Of a DNA stretch of 64,000 nucleotides, positions 61,678 to 64,000 are shown one piece after another (position 1 is the first letter of the stretch; each line of letters begins with the position of its first letter). The position numbers and the translations under genes were made by a program. The DNA comes from Candidatus Poribacteria bacterium. Lineage in GTDB: Bacteria; Poribacteria; WGA-4E; WGA-3G. The DNA lies in assembly GCA_965242965.1 (NCBI GenBank), contig OZ251518.1, positions 288,001 to 352,000 on the forward strand, read 5' to 3'. The notes beneath the pieces are model-generated. The model saw only the letters and a list, made by a program, of their open reading frames with translations, searched no databases and was not told the DNA's origin.

Positions 61678-62410
61678 CTAATTTCTCCAACATTATGCGG
61701 TTTTGTAAGCGGACAAGCTGCTGGATGCCGCCAACGGCGAGGTCCAACAGTTTGTCGCTTTCCTCGCGCGAGAAGGGCTGTTCCTCGGCGGTGCCTTGCA
61801 CCTCGATGAACTTTCCGTTCCCTGTCATAACGATGTTCATATCAACATCAGCGGTTGAATCTTCGGCATAACAGAGGTCCAGCATCGGTGTGCCGTTGAT
61901 AATTCCGACGCTCGTGGCGGCGATGTTATCCAGTATCGGGAATGCCTTGATTCGCTTTTGCTCCACCAAGTATTGGCATGCGTCCCAGAGGGCGATGAAT
62001 CCGCCGGTAATGGCGGCGGTTCGGGTGCCGCCATCGGCTTGGATGACATCGCAATCTATCCAGATTGTTTGTTCCGCCAGTGCGTCCAAATCTACGGCGG
62101 CGCGCAAGGAACGTCCAATCAGCCGTTGGATTTCCTGTGTTCTTCCGCCGGGTCCGCCGCGTGTTGCTTCGCGCTGCATCCGTCGTGACGTAGAGCGCGG
62201 GAGCATGGAATACTCGGCTGTCACCCAGCCTCTATCCCGAATCCGTTGCTCGCGCATGAACCGAGGTTGCGCGTCTTGAACAGAAGCGGTGCAAATAATT
62301 CGGGTATCCCCTGTCGTGATGAGGACAGAACCTTCCGCATGTTTGATGTAGTGCCGCTGGATGGTAATCGGACGCATCTCGTCTGCGCGGCGGCCATCAA
62401 CTCTTTTCAT
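61634..62410 (-). CDS. rph: Ribonuclease PH
   Basis: [31 protein letters not shown] and EVQGTAE. Confidence 0.97.
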   Translation of the reverse strand: MKRVDGRRADEMRPITIQRHYIKHAEGSVLITTGDTRIICTASVQDAQPRFMREQRIRDRGWVTAEYSMLPRSTSRRMQREATRGGPGGRTQEIQRLIGRSLRAAVDLDALAEQTIWIDCDVIQADGGTRTAAITGGFIALWDACQYLVEQKRIKAFPILDNIAATSVGIINGTPMLDLCYAEDSTADVDMNIVMTGNGKFIEVQGTAEEQPFSREESDKLLDLAVGGIQQLVRLQNRIMLEKLDEARLGNPEPRQSP

Positions 62411-62496
62411 GTGCCGTTTCCTCTTTTTCGTCCTTCGCAAAAGGTAGCGTGCTTATGCGAGGCAACGCACGGTTGTCAATTGTCAATTGACAGTCT

Positions 62497-62715
62497 CTAC
62501 GTTTTTGAGGCTAGTTCTTCTTCCAAAAACGCCAATGCTTTCGTGTAACTCCGGCGTTCAAGGTAGTGCTTGAGCATCGCCGGGGCAGTGGGGGCCATCT
62601 CCTGCGCCAGTTTATCAATGCGCAACACCTGGTCGGCGATGTCTTCCCCTGCCTCAATTCGCTCAAACATCGTGGATAACGTCTGTCTGAGGTCCAACGT
62701 CATGTCAGTTACCAT
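62497..62715 (-). CDS. Small hypothetical protein
   Basis: GGAG RBS; overlaps the upstream PhyH stop; LKHYLERRSYTKALAFL. Confidence 0.7.
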   Translation of the reverse strand: MVTDMTLDLRQTLSTMFERIEAGEDIADQVLRIDKLAQEMAPTAPAMLKHYLERRSYTKALAFLEEELASKT

Positions 62716-63652
62716 TTTGATTCTCCATTTCCTGCACGGCTTTGCAGGTTCGCAGGTGGACATTTTTCGGCGGTGCATCGTAGCCTTTCCACGCGTAAGG
62801 ATCTACCCCGGAAACGGGGATGATGCATCGCCTGTCCGCGCTCGCCGGTCGCTCGCCTTCTCGGAGAGTCCACGGTAACAACGACCAGGCGTTACAGTAA
62901 TGGTTTACTAAAACGCGCCGGAACGTCTCGCCGCGGTTCTTACGAGAACGGTGCAACAGATACCCGTTAAAAAAGACGAGTGCGCCAGTATTGACTTCAA
63001 CGGGCACTTCATCCGATTCATCAAAGCCGAAGCTCTCCTCGGCGAAGTCGAATTCGTCGGGGTTCTCGTGCGGTTTCTGTGGGTAGAGATACCCGCGTTG
63101 ATGTGAACCGGGCAGAATCCAGAGGCATCCGTTTTCAACCGTTGCGTCGTCCATCGCAATCCACGCGCCTATCAACGACCGGTCGCGAGTCGGGATGTAG
63201 ATTTCGTCCTGATGCCACGCCTGTCCCTGAAAATTGGGCGGCTTGACAAAGAGCATTGATTGCATGCACTTCACACTGCCGTCCCAATGGGGAAGATGCG
63301 CGGCGGTTATCTGGCTGAGGATACCGCAGATTTTCGGGTGTTTGACGTATTTCTCCATCACCGGACTGACAAAGTGCGGCTGATGGATGCAGAGGATGCT
63401 GCTGATTGCGTCTTCATCGCTGACGGTATCGGGAAGCGGTTGGATGCTGTCGCACGGATACCCGCCTCGCGCGATGTTGGCAGCGTCTTGGCGCAACTCC
63501 GCGATTTCGTCAAGCGACAGCAGTTCCGGCACGACTAGGTAGCCGTTGTCCACAAAAAACTGCGTCTGTTCGTCTGATACGATTTTCGGTACCTCAATGG
63601 CATTGCCATCGGCGATTGCGCCTGCCTTGAGGGAGTTTTCTTGGAAATTCAA
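62705..63652 (-). CDS. PhyH-family dioxygenase
   Basis: NGYLVV, WHQD, WIAMDD, GCLWILPGSH and LHRS. Confidence 0.92.
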   Translation of the reverse strand: MNFQENSLKAGAIADGNAIEVPKIVSDEQTQFFVDNGYLVVPELLSLDEIAELRQDAANIARGGYPCDSIQPLPDTVSDEDAISSILCIHQPHFVSPVMEKYVKHPKICGILSQITAAHLPHWDGSVKCMQSMLFVKPPNFQGQAWHQDEIYIPTRDRSLIGAWIAMDDATVENGCLWILPGSHQRGYLYPQKPHENPDEFDFAEESFGFDESDEVPVEVNTGALVFFNGYLLHRSRKNRGETFRRVLVNHYCNAWSLLPWTLREGERPASADRRCIIPVSGVDPYAWKGYDAPPKNVHLRTCKAVQEMENQNGN

Positions 63653-63664
63653 GGTTTCATGCTC

Positions 63665-64000
63665 CTACAAACGATTGGCAAAAAACATCTCAATGATTGC
63701 GAGTGCGAAGACCGCGAATAAGAGATATGTCCACAGATTTTGATTTTTTTCAACGTCTTTGTGATACTGCGCGACCAGCTCTCCCGAAGCCGCGCCGTTT
63801 TCGCCATCGGCATCCGTTGGCGTTCCAATAAGCATGCTGGTGAGTTCTTCAACGTCACGAGATGCCAAGTTGGATTCAGTGGCATCAATGTTGACAACGA
63901 AATGCCGAGTTTCGGTTCCCGATGCATGCACCGAGTAGATGCCGGGGAGGTGCGTGGTTTTATAGATTACCGTATCTTCTTCAGCATGCACGCGCGTTTC
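63665..64000 (-). CDS. C-terminal part of a BatA/vWA-associated-type membrane protein; begins outside the window
   Basis: PGIY..FVVN..ESNL..LW..LL..E C-terminal pattern. Confidence 0.65.
   Translation of the reverse strand, partial: ETRVHAEEDTVIYKTTHLPGIYSVHASGTETRHFVVNIDATESNLASRDVEELTSMLIGTPTDADGENGAASGELVAQYHKDVEKNQNLWTYLLFAVFALAIIEMFFANRL

Noticed and set aside
1-64000. RAYT or other transposase, tRNA, rRNA, prophage
   Set aside because: No ORF with HUH/Y1 or DDE motifs, and no RNA-gene or phage structural signatures recognised.

Overview
Bacterial chromosomal window of moderately high GC. The host is probably Candidatus Poribacteria; this is an inference from a LamG protein ending in a 'KLxxTWxxIK' motif, three PhyH dioxygenases, two sulfatases and several glycosidases. 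Housekeeping genes (der, ubiX, a UbiA-family gene, comEC, accC, accB, efp, rdgB, rph) and catabolic genes are interleaved with three accessory blocks. (i) 6.8-17.8 kb: a PLD-SNF2 helicase and an N6-adenine methyltransferase, flanked and split by duplicated toxin-antitoxin modules. (ii) 31.4-34.7 kb: a tandemly duplicated ABC-ATPase plus small putative nuclease pair. (iii) 39.2-44.2 kb: GrpE, GIY-YIG-HTH, a lidless Hsp70, an HPD-less J-like/HTH/FGE protein and a thermonuclease. The most striking signal is non-coding. About nine related GTAG/ATAG-headed palindrome (REP-like) families fill many intergenic spaces and have entered three genes in frame. Some are packaged in cassettes bounded by 14-bp terminal inverted repeats with target-site duplications, and one cassette has its empty site in the same window. 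No transposase, CRISPR array, tRNA or rRNA was recognised. All calls come from motifs read by eye; no searches were run.
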